Shown here one piece after another: positions 44,091 to 59,920 of a stretch of DNA of 64,000 nt. Under the pieces are notes generated by a model that worked only from the letters and a program-made list of their open reading frames with translations, ran no database searches and was not told where the DNA came from. Position 1 is the stretch's first letter. Each line of letters opens with the position of its first letter. This DNA comes from the human T2T-CHM13v2.0 reference genome, Homo sapiens, in assembly GCF_009914755.1 (NCBI RefSeq), contig NC_060932.1; one strand, written 5' to 3'. The translations under genes and the position numbers were made by a program.

Positions 44091-44141
<51 letters not shown>
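43646..44141 (+). mobile_element. 5'-truncated young primate L1 (L1PA) 3' end with (TAA)16 tail
   Basis: Well-preserved ORF2 C-terminus (MFIAALFTIAKTWNQP...), 3' UTR G-tract, perfect TSD AGGCTGTGAG at 43636-43645 and 44142-44151. Confidence 0.95.
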
Positions 44142-44142
<1 letters not shown>

Positions 44143-44224
44143 GGCTGTGAGGAGTCAGTAATTCAGACTTTTTATCTCTGGGATGACCACTAAAAGAATT
44201 GTTTAAAAAAATGTGTAACTTTCA

Positions 44225-47115
<2,891 letters not shown>

Positions 47116-47570
47116 TAAGGATACAGAAATGTTGAGAGTAGAAAGAAAAAGCAGAAACTAATGAAAAGAGAATTGGTACATTAATATTAGACAAAGAATA
47201 CTTTATGGAAACAGTATTCTGAGAAAAAGTTTAATTTTCCAGGAAGATATAATTTTCGATTTGTATGAGCCTAATAACATGGTCCCAATGTATAAAAAGC
47301 AAAGTAGGGAGACCTACTGGGAACCAAATAACCCATAATTTAGAGTGAGAGATATTAACAACCTCCATTGGTAACAGAATAATCAGACAAAAACAAATCA
47401 ATACAAATATACAGAATTTGACTAACACAGTCCACAAACTTGACCTCATGGATATGTAAATACATGTGTGTGCATGTATGCATACACATATATAAAACAC
47501 TAAACCCTGCAGTGCAGAGTATACATTATTTTCAAGCATATATGGGGCATTTACAAAATTTATACATCTT
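47116..47570 (+). mobile_element. Ancient L1 ORF2 endonuclease-region remnant
   Basis: atacattattttcaagcatatatggggcatttacaaaat and related motifs. Confidence 0.6.
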
Positions 47571-48848
47571 ATAAGTTTCCCTCTTAACACTATCTTAGCT
47601 GTGTCCCAGAGATTCTGGTATGTTATATCTTTGTTCTTATTAGTTGCAAAGAACTTCTTGATTTCTGCCTTAATTTCATTATTTACCCAAAAGTCATTCA
47701 GGAGCAGATTATTCAGTTTCCATGTAATTGTATAGTTTTGAGTGAATTTCTTAGTCTAATTTTTCTAATTTGATTTTGCTGTGGTCCAAGAGACTGTTTG
47801 CTATGATTTTAGTCCTTTTGCATTTGTTGAGGAGTGTTTTACTTCTGAATATGTGATCAGTTTTAGAGTATGTGCCATGTGACAATGTATATTCTGTTGT
47901 TTTTGGGTGGAGAGTTCTGTAGAGATTAGGTCCATTTGCTCCAGTGCTGAGTTCTGGTCTTAAATATCTTTGTTAATTTTCTGTCTCAGTGATCTGTCTA
48001 ATATTGTCAGTGGGGTGTTAAAGTCTCTGAGTATTATCGTTTGGGAGTATAAGTCTCTTTGTAGGTCTCTAAGAACTTGCTTTATGAATCTGAGTGCTCC
48101 TGTGTTGTGTGCATATATATATCTAGGATAGTTAGATCTTACGAATTGAACCCTTTAGCATTATGTAATGCCCTTCTTTGTCTTTTTTGATCTTTGTTGG
48201 TTTAAAGTCTTAGTTTAAAACTAGATTTAAATCCTAGTTTTGTCAGAAACTAGAATTGCAACCTCTGCTTTTTTCTGTTTTCCATTTGATTGGCGGATTT
48301 TTCTGCGTACCTTTATTTTGAGCCTATGTCTGTCATTGCATGTGAGATGGATCTCTTGAAGGCAGCATATCAATGTTCTTGGTGTCTTATCCAGCTTGCC
48401 ACTCCGTCTTTTCATTGGGACATTTAGCCCACTTACATTTAAGGTTAGTATTGTTATGTGTGGATTTTATCCTGTCATGATGTTAGCTGGTTATTTTGCA
48501 GGCTTGTGTATGTGATGGTTTTATAATGTCCCTGGTCTGTGTACTTCATTGTGTTTTTGTAGTGTCTGGTAATGGTCTTTCCTTTCCATATTTTAGGGTT
48601 CTTTTAAGGCAGTTCTGATGCTAACCAGTACTCTCGGCATTTGCTCTTATGGAAAGGATCTTATTTCTCCTTCCCTTATATAGCTTAGTTTGGCCAGATG
48701 TGAAATTCTGGGTTGGAATTTTTTTTAAGAATGATGAATATTGGCCCTCAATCTCTTCTGGCTTGTAGGGTTTCAGCTGAGAGGTCTGCTGTTAGTCTGA
48801 TGGACTTCCCTTTGTAGGTGACCTGGCCTTTTTCTCTAGCTGCTCTCA
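47571..48848 (-). mobile_element. Primate L1 (L1P) fragment: ORF1 end to ORF2 endonuclease
   Basis: Minus ORF 48227-48415 ICCLQEIHLTCNDRHRLKIK...KKAEVAILVSDK matches the L1 ORF2p endonuclease. Confidence 0.92.
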
Positions 48849-49884
48849 AATGTTGTGATTATTTGATTGTACTTTCATATTGATGGAAGAAAACAAATAG
48901 TTTATTTTATGTGCTTTGGTATTTAGATCTGTGAATAAACATTTTAATATTAATTATTAAAATTTAGAACTGTTTTTATAATATGTAATTATTGCATAAT
49001 ATTTTATAATTTTTAATTAGTAAAGAGAATATTTTCCATTTGTTTTTCAAACTTTAAAGTGTAGAAAGTTAGTACATTAGTTTTCTTGCCCTGAACTGCA
49101 TTCTGTGGTGAGCTTTTGAAAATTACAGAGCAATTGCAAACTTGCAAACATGTTTAATGAATTATTGGGATATTATGAAACACAGATCGAAAAGCTATTA
49201 GGCAAAGTAAATACAAACTAACGGTTACTCCTAAAATCAATTAAGGAAGGGTATATTATTAGTTAAAGGTAATCTGTAATTGTATATTGCATTGCTTGAG
49301 AAGTTTAAATTGCAAAATGAGGAGTGTTTTTGGTTCTTTTGCTATTCAAAGAAATCATTTAAAAATTATTTAAAACATAAATTATTCAAAAATAAATCGA
49401 ATTTTATTTTAATACATTTTCAGTTGTTTAAAATAAAAATAAATTCTTTAAAACTTATTTTATCTTAAAATAGTTTTAATGTTTGCATTTTCTCATTAGA
49501 GAAGCAAATTTAAATATAAACTATTCAGTGTAGAAGAATTAGAATACTTTGATAAGCAAAAATAATATTCTTTATAAAAATTCTACCATATTGCATTGCC
49601 ACCAGGAATGCAGAAGAATATCTCATTTCCTACTGTCAAACAGTATGTGACCAAACTTCTTTTGAGTTTTTACCAACCCGATAGGTGTGAAATGATATTT
49701 CAGTATAGTTTAAATTTGCATTTATCTAATTATGAGTGAGATTGAACAACATTATTACATGTTTAAGGACATTTTTACATCCTCTTGTGAATTGTCTGAT
49801 TATATCTTTTGTGCATATTTTCACCTGCATTATTTTTTCCCTAGTTTTTAAGAGTTCTTTAAATATTTAGGATACAAAAGTAGA

Positions 49885-49924
49885 ATATGTGTATGTATGC
49901 GCACGCGTGTGTGTGTGTGTGTAT
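49885..49924. repeat. 40-bp alternating purine-pyrimidine tract incl. GCGCACGCG and (TG)n
   Basis: Uninterrupted RY alternation. Confidence 0.9.
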
Positions 49925-51355
49925 CTCTGCATACTATTTTTCCTAGAGTTGTAATGGATGAACCATAATTCTTTCTCTACTTTTCTTTATGGAAAATTAA
50001 TGGCAGTTCATAATAGTTTTGGTAGTTCAAAGTATAGTTCAAGTTGTTGCTTCAGAACATTACTTTATTAGATGCTTGCCATGTGTCAGGCCCCTAGTTA
50101 GGCACTGAGGAGGCTTTGTGGAAGAAAGGCAATGTTTTGGAGGTTACAATTTAGTGGAAGGGATTTAAACCCAAATATTAACTTAACACTGTGTCAGATG
50201 CTGTGAAGGAGACATAAAGATGCTATGTGACTAATAACAGGGACTTGGGTTAGCTGGGTGATCAGGAAGGTTTTAGGATAGTTTTTTAAAGCATTGCAGA
50301 GGTAATTGTCCTTTTTGGGGATTTTGATATTATTATTATTTTTTAGTGCTTGTTTAGAACCATTCACCCGACAGCTGAGATGATTAGGTCAACATAAACT
50401 CTTGTATGGTCAAAATGCCATTTAAGTTTAGATAGAGGGAGAACAATGAAATAGATATTTTCTAGATTATATGGTCTTAGGTTGAACCATAAATTTTCTT
50501 TGAAAACTATAGTTTTTAATTTTGGTAAATTTTGAGGGTAAAGTAAATGTAGCATTTTGCCATGTTTACTATCTTATTTAATTTTGTGATTTATTTAGTT
50601 TTTTAGATTTCATTTTAATAATTTTTATGTTTAGGTAGGAGTGGTGTTTTATTAATTCAGTGTTGTTATTACATGAAGTATAGATGAAAAGGTTAACACT
50701 AATACAAAATTTAAAGGGAAGCAGTTTCGCTAATCTTGATGATAATGAAACATTCAAGGAAGTCTTGATAAGCAAATGAAAAATATTAATAATTGGCATT
50801 CAATCTGAAAGTAAATGTTCAAATGTATGTTTCTATATGAAAGCACACCTTGATTTACTTCATGGCATGTTAATATGAAAGTTCATAATTTAATCCCATA
50901 GAGAAGACTATTTTTCATTATGACTTGTAGAAAAATTTTTTCCTGTGAGAACTAATGTTACAATTTCTTATTTGGAAAATAATGATATATATCTTGAAAG
51001 ATGTATTTTAAAAATATATAATGTATCTTAAAATGTGTTGGTATTATAATCAGGTTAAATCTGTTGAAATAAATTGTAATTTAGTTTTTAATGACTTCCT
51101 TTCTGTTGACAATTATGTTTTGCGTTGACTTGCAATTATTCTATTGGTTCATACTAGTTAAGTTCCTAAAGCAAGCAAGTAGGAAGTTCAGTTCCTTTTT
51201 TTTGACAGTTGCTTGATTTTTACAGCAGAGCATCCCAGGGAGTAAGCTGTATTACTAGTAAATTAGACATCTGCCCAAAGAGCTCTATTCAGTAGTCCTT
51301 GACATTACTCTGAAAGAAAGATGAATTTAATAGGAATTTTGCCTTTTTTTCCCAG

Positions 51356-51438
51356 ACACTGGCCAAAAGAAGACCCTAGACAAGAAAGATGGAAGACGAA
51401 TGTCTTTTCAGAAACCTAAAGGGACTATTGAGTATACT
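51356..51438 (+). CDS. OXR1: OXR1 coding exon, 83 nt (DTGQKKTLDKKDGRRMSFQKPKGTIEYT), start of LysM domain
   Basis: Pyrimidine tract + CCCAG acceptor at 51355 and ACT|GTAAGT donor at 51439. Phase 1 in, phase 0 out. Peptide recognised as OXR1. Confidence 0.95.
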
Positions 51439-53656
51439 GTAAGTTATTTGCTTTCGAAAAAGCTATTTTTCTTTGTAAGAGTCTTCTTTAAGACATTCTC
51501 TGTTTATACTATAAATAAGACAAGCATTGTTAATTGCCTTATTTTTAAAAATCTGTATTTCACTTTGGATAATTGTTTTATTTTTTAGTTGTTGTTTTTT
51601 TCTTTAAAGAGAAATTTTACTGAGATATAAAGGTAGTTATCCTAGAAAATTTAATTTAATATAGATGATAGTTTACTGAGAGAGTTCCCATGGGCCAATA
51701 ATTTTTATTAGGTTAGGCTTTTAGGAAAATTTTTAGTTTTTTAGAAATGTGATCTTCATTATATTCGCAGCAGTGCTAGTGATAGTTATAATGGCAGATG
51801 GGATACATAAAAGAAAAGTTGATGTTAATCTTCCAGTATAACCTTCCACATTAAATCATTTGTATTTATTTATAGCTAACTCCCTTTAGCTCTAAACATT
51901 GAGCTTTTTTTTTTTTTTCTGTATTCTTGAAATGAACTTCAAATCTTCCTGCAGTCAGCTGGCTTTTCACATTTCTGGTTACTCTGGGAAACTGAAGTGA
52001 GAAATCAGCTTTGGTATATGGTATGCTGCATATTTGATTGAATGTAAAGATTGTTTATTTGGATAATGTTAACGTGTTGTAAAGCACTTTTAACTGAGCT
52101 TAATTTTGTTATTCTGTGTTTTTCTAACATAACTGTATTAAGGAGAACAGCAATTTTAAACATTAATTTAGCATTTGTATCATTATGAAACCGTCCAGTC
52201 TTGGTTTGACTCTTATTTTCCATGCATCTTTAAAATTGAACAAATTATCAAAATTCTAATTTATACTCTATTTTGATATACCATTCATATATAGCGGACA
52301 GTGTGAGATTTTAAATATTTTTAAAAGGAATCAGATAATTTAGGATGAAATAAAATTTACTAATATCAAGATAATCTCACAGCATATTTTAAACTCAAAT
52401 TGCGTGTGTTTGTACCTTCTCTGCATAATTGAGAAAATAAGTTCAAATAAGTTTTTTATAGGTAACCTTTAAAATTTCTTCGTCTTTACAATTCTGCAGT
52501 GCCAATATGAAAAATTTAGATATATACATGTTTTTATCATGTTTATTGTGTTTCTTCAGCCTAAGAAATCATGTCACTCATAAATTCTAGAAAAATTCTT
52601 GGTAATTATCTTTGATTGCCATTTTCTCCTCCTTTCTCTATTTTGTTTCTCCAGAACTCTAATTTTTTATTGAAACTAATTGTACTACATTTTGCTATCA
52701 TTATGCTTTGTTGACCTTGCTATTATTTTGATTGTATCTTCTGTCTGCTTTGCTGGGTGTTTGCCTCTTCTTAATTCCCAATGTGAGTGGTCCCTTGTTT
52801 CTTTTTGCTTTTCTATTGACATTCTATTACTTGGAGTGCTTAAGAACTTTATAAACTACGTGGAGTGAGACCCAAACTTTTTTTCTATCCCTCCCTTTCT
52901 AGTTGCTTGCATTTCCTACTATCACTTCATACTAAACAAATTATGGAAGCCTCTTACCAATTCTTCTTCCTCCATCCTTCCACAATTCCTGATTTTCTCA
53001 TTTCCGTTCCCTTTCAGTTTGTTATTCATTCAGGTTGCAGTCTTTAGAGTCAGCATCAGTTTGCTCATTCACATTTGCTTCCCTGACCTACTGCTACTGC
53101 TGTCACCACAACTCCATTCAATCCATGAATGTCTTCTCTTGAGTCTTAGTTGAAATCTTGTACCTTAATTTCTTTCTTTACATTTTTATTACTTTAAACC
53201 TTATCTTTGTTTTTCTGCATCCTTTCTCTTTCTTGTTCCAGTAATCCTAGCCCTGATGCCAGTAATATGAGATGCCACTTGGGCTGTTTTGTTACCTTCA
53301 TCATCTCATTTAATAGAATCACTGTGAGAATAAAATGTGTTATTATTAATTATGAAAGTACTTGGTAAACTTACAGATTTTACTGCAAAATATCATTTGT
53401 TTACAGAGACCTTTTATATATATTATCTCGGTAACATAGGTTTTATATCAGTACATTGTGTAGATGGGGAAGTTTGCATAGAAGGATGTAGGCAGAACTA
53501 GATTATTATTGTATTAACCCAAATATTTGGCATAAATTTGGTTTTATAAAACCATTAAGGAAAATATGTATATTATTGTTTTACATACACAAACAAATGC
53601 ACACGCACCTGCTTTTCCTGACTTTTGAAATCTTCTATAACCTAATTCTAAATGCC

Positions 53657-53970
<314 letters not shown>

Positions 53971-54377
53971 TCTGAATGCCTCTTTATCGTTTTTAGAGAC
54001 TTAACTCCATGTAATCACCTTCCCAAAAATTTGTGCTTCATGAGTCTACTCTGGATGGTTTAGGAGGAAGAGGACAGTATCCCACAAATATGTTATGCTT
54101 TTCTGTCTCTTAACTATGTCAGTTCTGTTATCTTCACTTTGAAAGTTCATTCCTTTCTCTCTACTTTTCAAATTCCCAACCCTTCTTCAAGGCCCAGCTT
54201 TAAATCATTTCTTTTCTGTAGTCTTTTCTGGAAAATTTGGATTACATGGTGCTTTTATTCATACTCAAAACTTCTATTGCATTCATTATTCCATTTTAAA
54301 TTGTTCATCTTTTGCATAACCTTTTCTATCTTAGTTTCCAACTAGATTGTAAATTCCTTGTGCAAAATGACTTTTAG

Positions 54378-54715
<338 letters not shown>

Positions 54716-55346
54716 TTCTTTAGAGCGCTCTTAATGCCTTGTGTAATGGGGACTTTAAGTGGTTATATTATATTGGCCAAGTGACATTTTCTTTTAGGGT
54801 AATTGATGAAATCTCATTATTTATGATTTCTACACATATGATCATGGAAACGTACGAATGATTCAGAACTAAATAACTCAACTTTAGTTCAAATATTTTT
54901 CTAATTTATATGTGCAATGACAGAATATATGCATAAAGATCATTTTGAGTTTAATACAGGTGTACTTTGCAAAAATGAAATTAGTATGTTGCTAGAAGTC
55001 ACATATATTTTAGAAACTATTCAAAGGAATAGTGTATTATTTTAAAACCTTTGTAAAATGAAAATAATCAGTTTTTGACTTTTAAATTATGTTTTGTATT
55101 TTGAAATTACTTGAAGTAGAGACCTACATGTAAATGTATTGTGATGAAGCCTTTACTCTGTATTGTAATAGATTAAGAGCATTTGCTAACAAAACACAGT
55201 GTTTCTTGACAGTTATTTTCAAAGATGACAATACCAGTTGTTAATCAAATGTAAGCTGGTCCCTAGATATATTAATGCTCATTAAATATTATAGTTTAGT
55301 TTTTCTGTTTTAAACATTGAAATAATTTATTTTTTCTTTTAAACAG

Positions 55347-55454
55347 GTTGAATCAAGGGATTCTTTGAATAGCATAGCCCTGAAGTTTGATACAACACCT
55401 AACGAACTTGTTCAATTAAATAAGTTATTCTCCCGAGCAGTTGTTACTGGACAG
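55347..55454 (+). CDS. OXR1: OXR1 coding exon, 108 nt (VESRDSLNSIALKFDTTPNELVQLNKLFSRAVVTGQ), LysM core
   Basis: Acceptor ttttctttttaaacAG and donor CAG|GTAGTA. Phase 0-0. LysM pattern YTV..DSL..IA.KF......L...N across the junction. Confidence 0.96.
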
Positions 55455-56393
55455 GTAGTATCTTTTTTTTAATGTGCTGATGTTTAGAAACATTAAACAG
55501 AAAGGCAGAAAGTATTTATTGTACTGTAGTTAATAATATAGAAAATTTGAGAATAATTTTATATGTGTTTTTAACAAATCATATTGGCCATGTAAGAGAA
55601 AATTAACTGTTTTATGTCTGTATTAGTTTCTTTTTTAATACATATTGAAAATAATTGTAGATTTTTCTTTTTAAATATAGTTACAAAGAGCTTTTTAAAA
55701 TATTCAGAACAATATATGCATATGATAAAAAATTACTTCATCAAAGTAAGGCATCCCTCCATCTCAAACTTTCAGTTTCTTTTCCAGAAGCAACCAGTTG
55801 GCAGTTTGCATTTCTTTCAGGAATAATCTAGCCTACTTTTGTTGTTGTTGTTGTGTTTTAATTTAACTTTGATTCTTGGAAAGTGTTGTATTTAATCACA
55901 GTTCTAGTTCAGACTTTTTCACGCGTGCATGGTATTACATTGTATTGATATATCATACTTATTTAAAGCATTAGACTATTTCTACTCTTTTGCTAAGGTC
56001 AATAGTGCTGTAGTAAACATGCCTGTACACATCTGTTTTTCTTTAAATGTAAGTATTTCTGTAGGGTGAATTCTTAGAAGTAAAGTTACTATATCAGAGG
56101 ATATGTGCACTTTAAATTTTGCTAGCTATTGCCAAATTGTCCTTTAGGAGTGACACCTCTATAGTGTATGACAATTAATGTTTCCTCACCCTATTCCAGC
56201 CGTATATATTATCAAATGTGTCTAAACTGATTTTAAAGGTTCTTTTTTAAAAATGTTTTTATATTCTTATAATTTGAAAATTTTTATGTTTTTCTGTTTA
56301 ATTGGTAATTGTTAATAGTGCTTGCTTATAGAACACCATCTAATTATTAACACTTCATTTTAACTAAATCTTTGTGTGAATGTTTTCTTACAG

Positions 56394-56507
56394 GTTCTGT
56401 ATGTTCCTGATCCTGAATATGTCTCCAGTGTTGAGAGCTCTCCATCTCTAAGCCCCGTAAGTCCTCTGTCACCAACATCATCTGAGGCTGAATTTGATAA
56501 GACCACT
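56394..56507 (+). CDS. OXR1: OXR1 coding exon, 114 nt (VLYVPDPEYVSSVESSPSLSPVSPLSPTSSEAEFDKTT), end of LysM plus Ser/Pro-rich linker
   Basis: Acceptor ttttcttacAG and donor ACT|GTAAGT at 56508. Phase 0-0. GQ|VLYVP completes the LysM motif. Confidence 0.94.
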
Positions 56508-57867
56508 GTAAGTATCTCTGCTTTGCAAAGATGGCGATGAAGAAATCTCACTTTGTCTACATTGACTGTCTTGTTTTTTACATTCCATTTTGACTATGGT
56601 TAGAATGAAATATTTCCTTTTTATTTTGTTGCTTAAGTTTGTAAATCCCAGCTTTAAAAATAAGACATTCTTATGAAACCATATAGCTTAAATTGACTTA
56701 CCTTTGTAGGTGGTGGTTGTGGGCCAAAAATATTCATCAACTCTTATTTTTTAAAGAACATATATAATTTAACTTACAAAGGAATCTTACCCAAAAAACA
56801 TGACATTATCACAGTAGAGGAAGTTCATGTCCAATTTGATGTTTATTTCATCTATAAATAAATGAGTATATAGTACTTAGAACTCTTGAGTTTAATTTTG
56901 ACACATTGCCTTTTAAAAAATAATTTATCATCTTAGTCATCCAAGAATTGACATAGTAGATTAATTTATCTAGCATTTCTAAGGAATGAGTGTTCTAATA
57001 ACTTACATTTTACAAATGAACTTCAGGGAACTAAACTTCATTTAATAATTTTGATTAAAATCTTCTGAAAGGAATTATATATTATATATTTCTTTGCCTT
57101 TCATAGAATAAATTACATGATATTATTAATAACTATTTTTCTCCTTGCCTGGGAACTTTTTTCTGCATGTGTGTGTGTTTGTGTGTGTGAGAAAGAGAGA
57201 GAGAAATGAGGCCTTTTTCATTTATTTGATGGATATCTTCTTTATATAATTATGGCAATACTATGCTTTAGAATGCAGTCACATGAAAGGAATATATTAC
57301 ATTTGTTGTCATCATTGATAAGAATAAAAGTCAGGTTTTAATGGTAGGTATTACTTACCAAATGACACAATACCTTTTTGAACATAGCCATGCCATTTTC
57401 CCATGGGACTTACAAAGAGATGTACTCATAAGGGGCAATGACAAAGTAACTACGTAGCCTTAGGTTAATTTAGCCTGTGTTTCAAACCCTAAAGCAGAAT
57501 GATGAAAATCTAAGCTGTAGCATCATGCCTGACTAGAAACCTGTGGGGTCTCTTCCTGTTCCTCGGCTTTAACCTAAATCTGCCTGTCTACTGGCTTTCT
57601 TGGAAGGTATAAGATCAAAGAAAACAAAATGTTGAAAGTTAAGGGAGCAACAAGGCCAGGCCTCAACCTGTGTGAAAATGTACCCCTTCTTACTTTTGCC
57701 ATTTGACTGAAAGAGATGGAGAGGATAAAGTTATGTGAATGATCTTTTAATCCTCAGTGACTTAGCTACTGTCAAAGATGGACCAAAAAACTTCCTGTAA
57801 TTTGGCCAGTGATATGAGTAAATTCTTTGTCCCTGGGATAGATTAAAAAAAAAAAAAAGAGGTGAGA

Positions 57868-58445
57868 GATTCCTTAAAGAACTAAAAGTACACCTACCAT
57901 TTGATCCAGCAATCTCACTACTAGGTATCTACCCCGAGGAAAAGAAGTCATTATATAAAAAAGATACTTGCACATGCGTATATAGCAGCATAATTTGCAA
58001 TTGCAAAAATAGGGAACCACCCCAAATGCCCATCAATCAACAAGTGGATAAGGAAAATGTGGTATATATATACCGTGGAATACTACTCAGTCATAAAAAG
58101 GAATGAAAGAATGGCATTTGCAGCAACCTGGATGGAATTGGAGACTCTTATTCTAAGTGAAGTAACTCAGGAATGGAAAACTAAACATCGCACGTACTCA
58201 CCCATAAGTGGGAGCTAAGCTATGAGGATGCAAAGGCATAAGAATGATATAGTGGACTTTGGGGACTCAGGCAAAAGGGTGGGAGCAGGGTGAGAAGTAA
58301 AGGATTACACATTGGGTACAGTGTACACTGCTTAGGTGATGGGTGCACCAAAATCTCAGAAATCACCACTAAAGAACTTACTCCTGTAACCAGACACACC
58401 TGCTCCCTGAAAACATATTGAAATGGAAAATAATTAAAAAAAAAA
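57868..58445 (+). mobile_element. 5'-truncated L1PB-like 3' end
   Basis: gggtacagtgtacactgcttaggtgatgggtgcaccaaaatctcagaaatcaccactaaagaac; flanking repeat aaaaagaggtRagaga. Confidence 0.88.
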
Positions 58446-59167
58446 AAAAGAGGTAAGAGAAGAGTTTGTAAACTTCTCTTTACATGGAATGATACTCTTT
58501 ACCTGCCATCAAAGAGATTATGGGCAATAGTTAGAAATAATTCTTACAACAGTTGATTGTGTAAATTTTAGTTGTATTTTTTTTACCTAGGATTATATTC
58601 ATTACCAGGCTCCAGGATAATATTTCTATGACTTTCTGCATATCTCGAGTGCCTATATTTCTATATTTCTAATTATTGGGTTTTATGTCTCCCATGCTGT
58701 ATAAATCCCTTAGAAATAAGGATATTATGTTTTATTAGATATAGTTTACATTTTCATTACACTAATTAAAATAATGTCTATTAGTATTGTTATTATATGT
58801 TTTTCCCAGAAATTGTCAGTTTATATTACCAGCAACCACTGATAAATTTTTTGAATGTCCAGCTTAGTAGTGGTTTACTATGAGGCTAAAAATATGTTCC
58901 TGGCTTTGTCGGCATAAAGACTTTCATTGGTAATAATTCGTTTTCACTTAAAAATATTGCATTTTGAGAATTTCCATGGAAAACTATTTTTTCTTTATTT
59001 TTCACTTTTTTTTGTTCACATATGGAGGAAGAAATATAGAAGGAGATAGAACCAAAGTAATGGTAAAAATCATAAAAATAGCTAAAATGTAGTATTGCAA
59101 CAGGTATAATTCTAAGCACTTTAAAAGTATTATTTATTTCTTATCTCAAATTTATGAGGTAGGCACT

Positions 59168-59920
59168 TGGCCTGGGTTTCTGTGTTTGTCCCTCCAGACT
59201 TACTCTGTATTCTCTAGTGTCCTTTGGGTGGTAGACTGCATCAGTGCACTCTCTCTTGCCCTTTTGCTTCTGTTGGTGGTTTTCTTTCTGGAGCAGTTGC
59301 AGAAGATAAGGGGGAAGGAAAGAGAGAATAAGATGGGGACATATTTATTCTCCTAGCTCCTTCCCTGTAAGGTTACTCCAGAGTGACCACATTCTTCAGC
59401 ATCTCATCTTATCTTTTGTCAGCCCTTTCCACAGAGCCATCTCTAAATTTAGGTATCTGTTTCTCCCCCTTACCTCTTTAGGGATAGAGGAGTCTTCTGT
59501 TATTGTTCACCCTGGGTTTTTGTACACCATATGTACCTTTGTAAATAGTTCCATAATTAAATCCTCTTAAAATTATTCAGTTTCTACCGGGCATAGTGGC
59601 TCACGCTGGTAATCCCAGCACTTTGGGAGGCCGAGGCAGGCAGATCACTTGAGGTCAGGAGTTCAAGATTAGAGCGGCCAACATGGTGAAACCCATCTTT
59701 ACTAAAAATACAAAAATTAGCCGGGTGTGGTGGCGGGCACTTGTAATTCCAGCCACTCAGGAGGCTGAGGTGGGAGAATCACGTGAACCCAGGAGTCGGG
59801 GGTTGCAGTGAGCCACGCCACTGCCCTTCAGCCTGGGTTACAGAGTGAGACTCTGTCTCAAAAAAAAAAAAAAGCTCAGTTTGATGTGCCATCTGTTTTT
59901 TCTAGTACCTGACCAATAAG
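59168..59920. mobile_element. Old ERVL-type LTR (LTR33-like) split by an Alu and itself inside a MIR
   Basis: gactgcatcagtgcactctctcttgccct...; taaatagttccataattaaatcctctt..ttcagttt|Alu|tcagtttgatgtgccatctgttt; MIR halves at ~59090-59167 and ~59921-60060. Confidence 0.55.
59586..59873 (+). mobile_element. Alu (AluS-like)
   Basis: Dimeric Alu with A tail; flanking tcagttt. Confidence 0.92.

Noticed and set aside
51400-51588. 62-aa ORF MSFQKPKGTIEYTVSYLL... as a standalone gene
   Set aside because: Only the first 13 codons are exonic; the remainder is intron past the GTAAGT donor at 51439.
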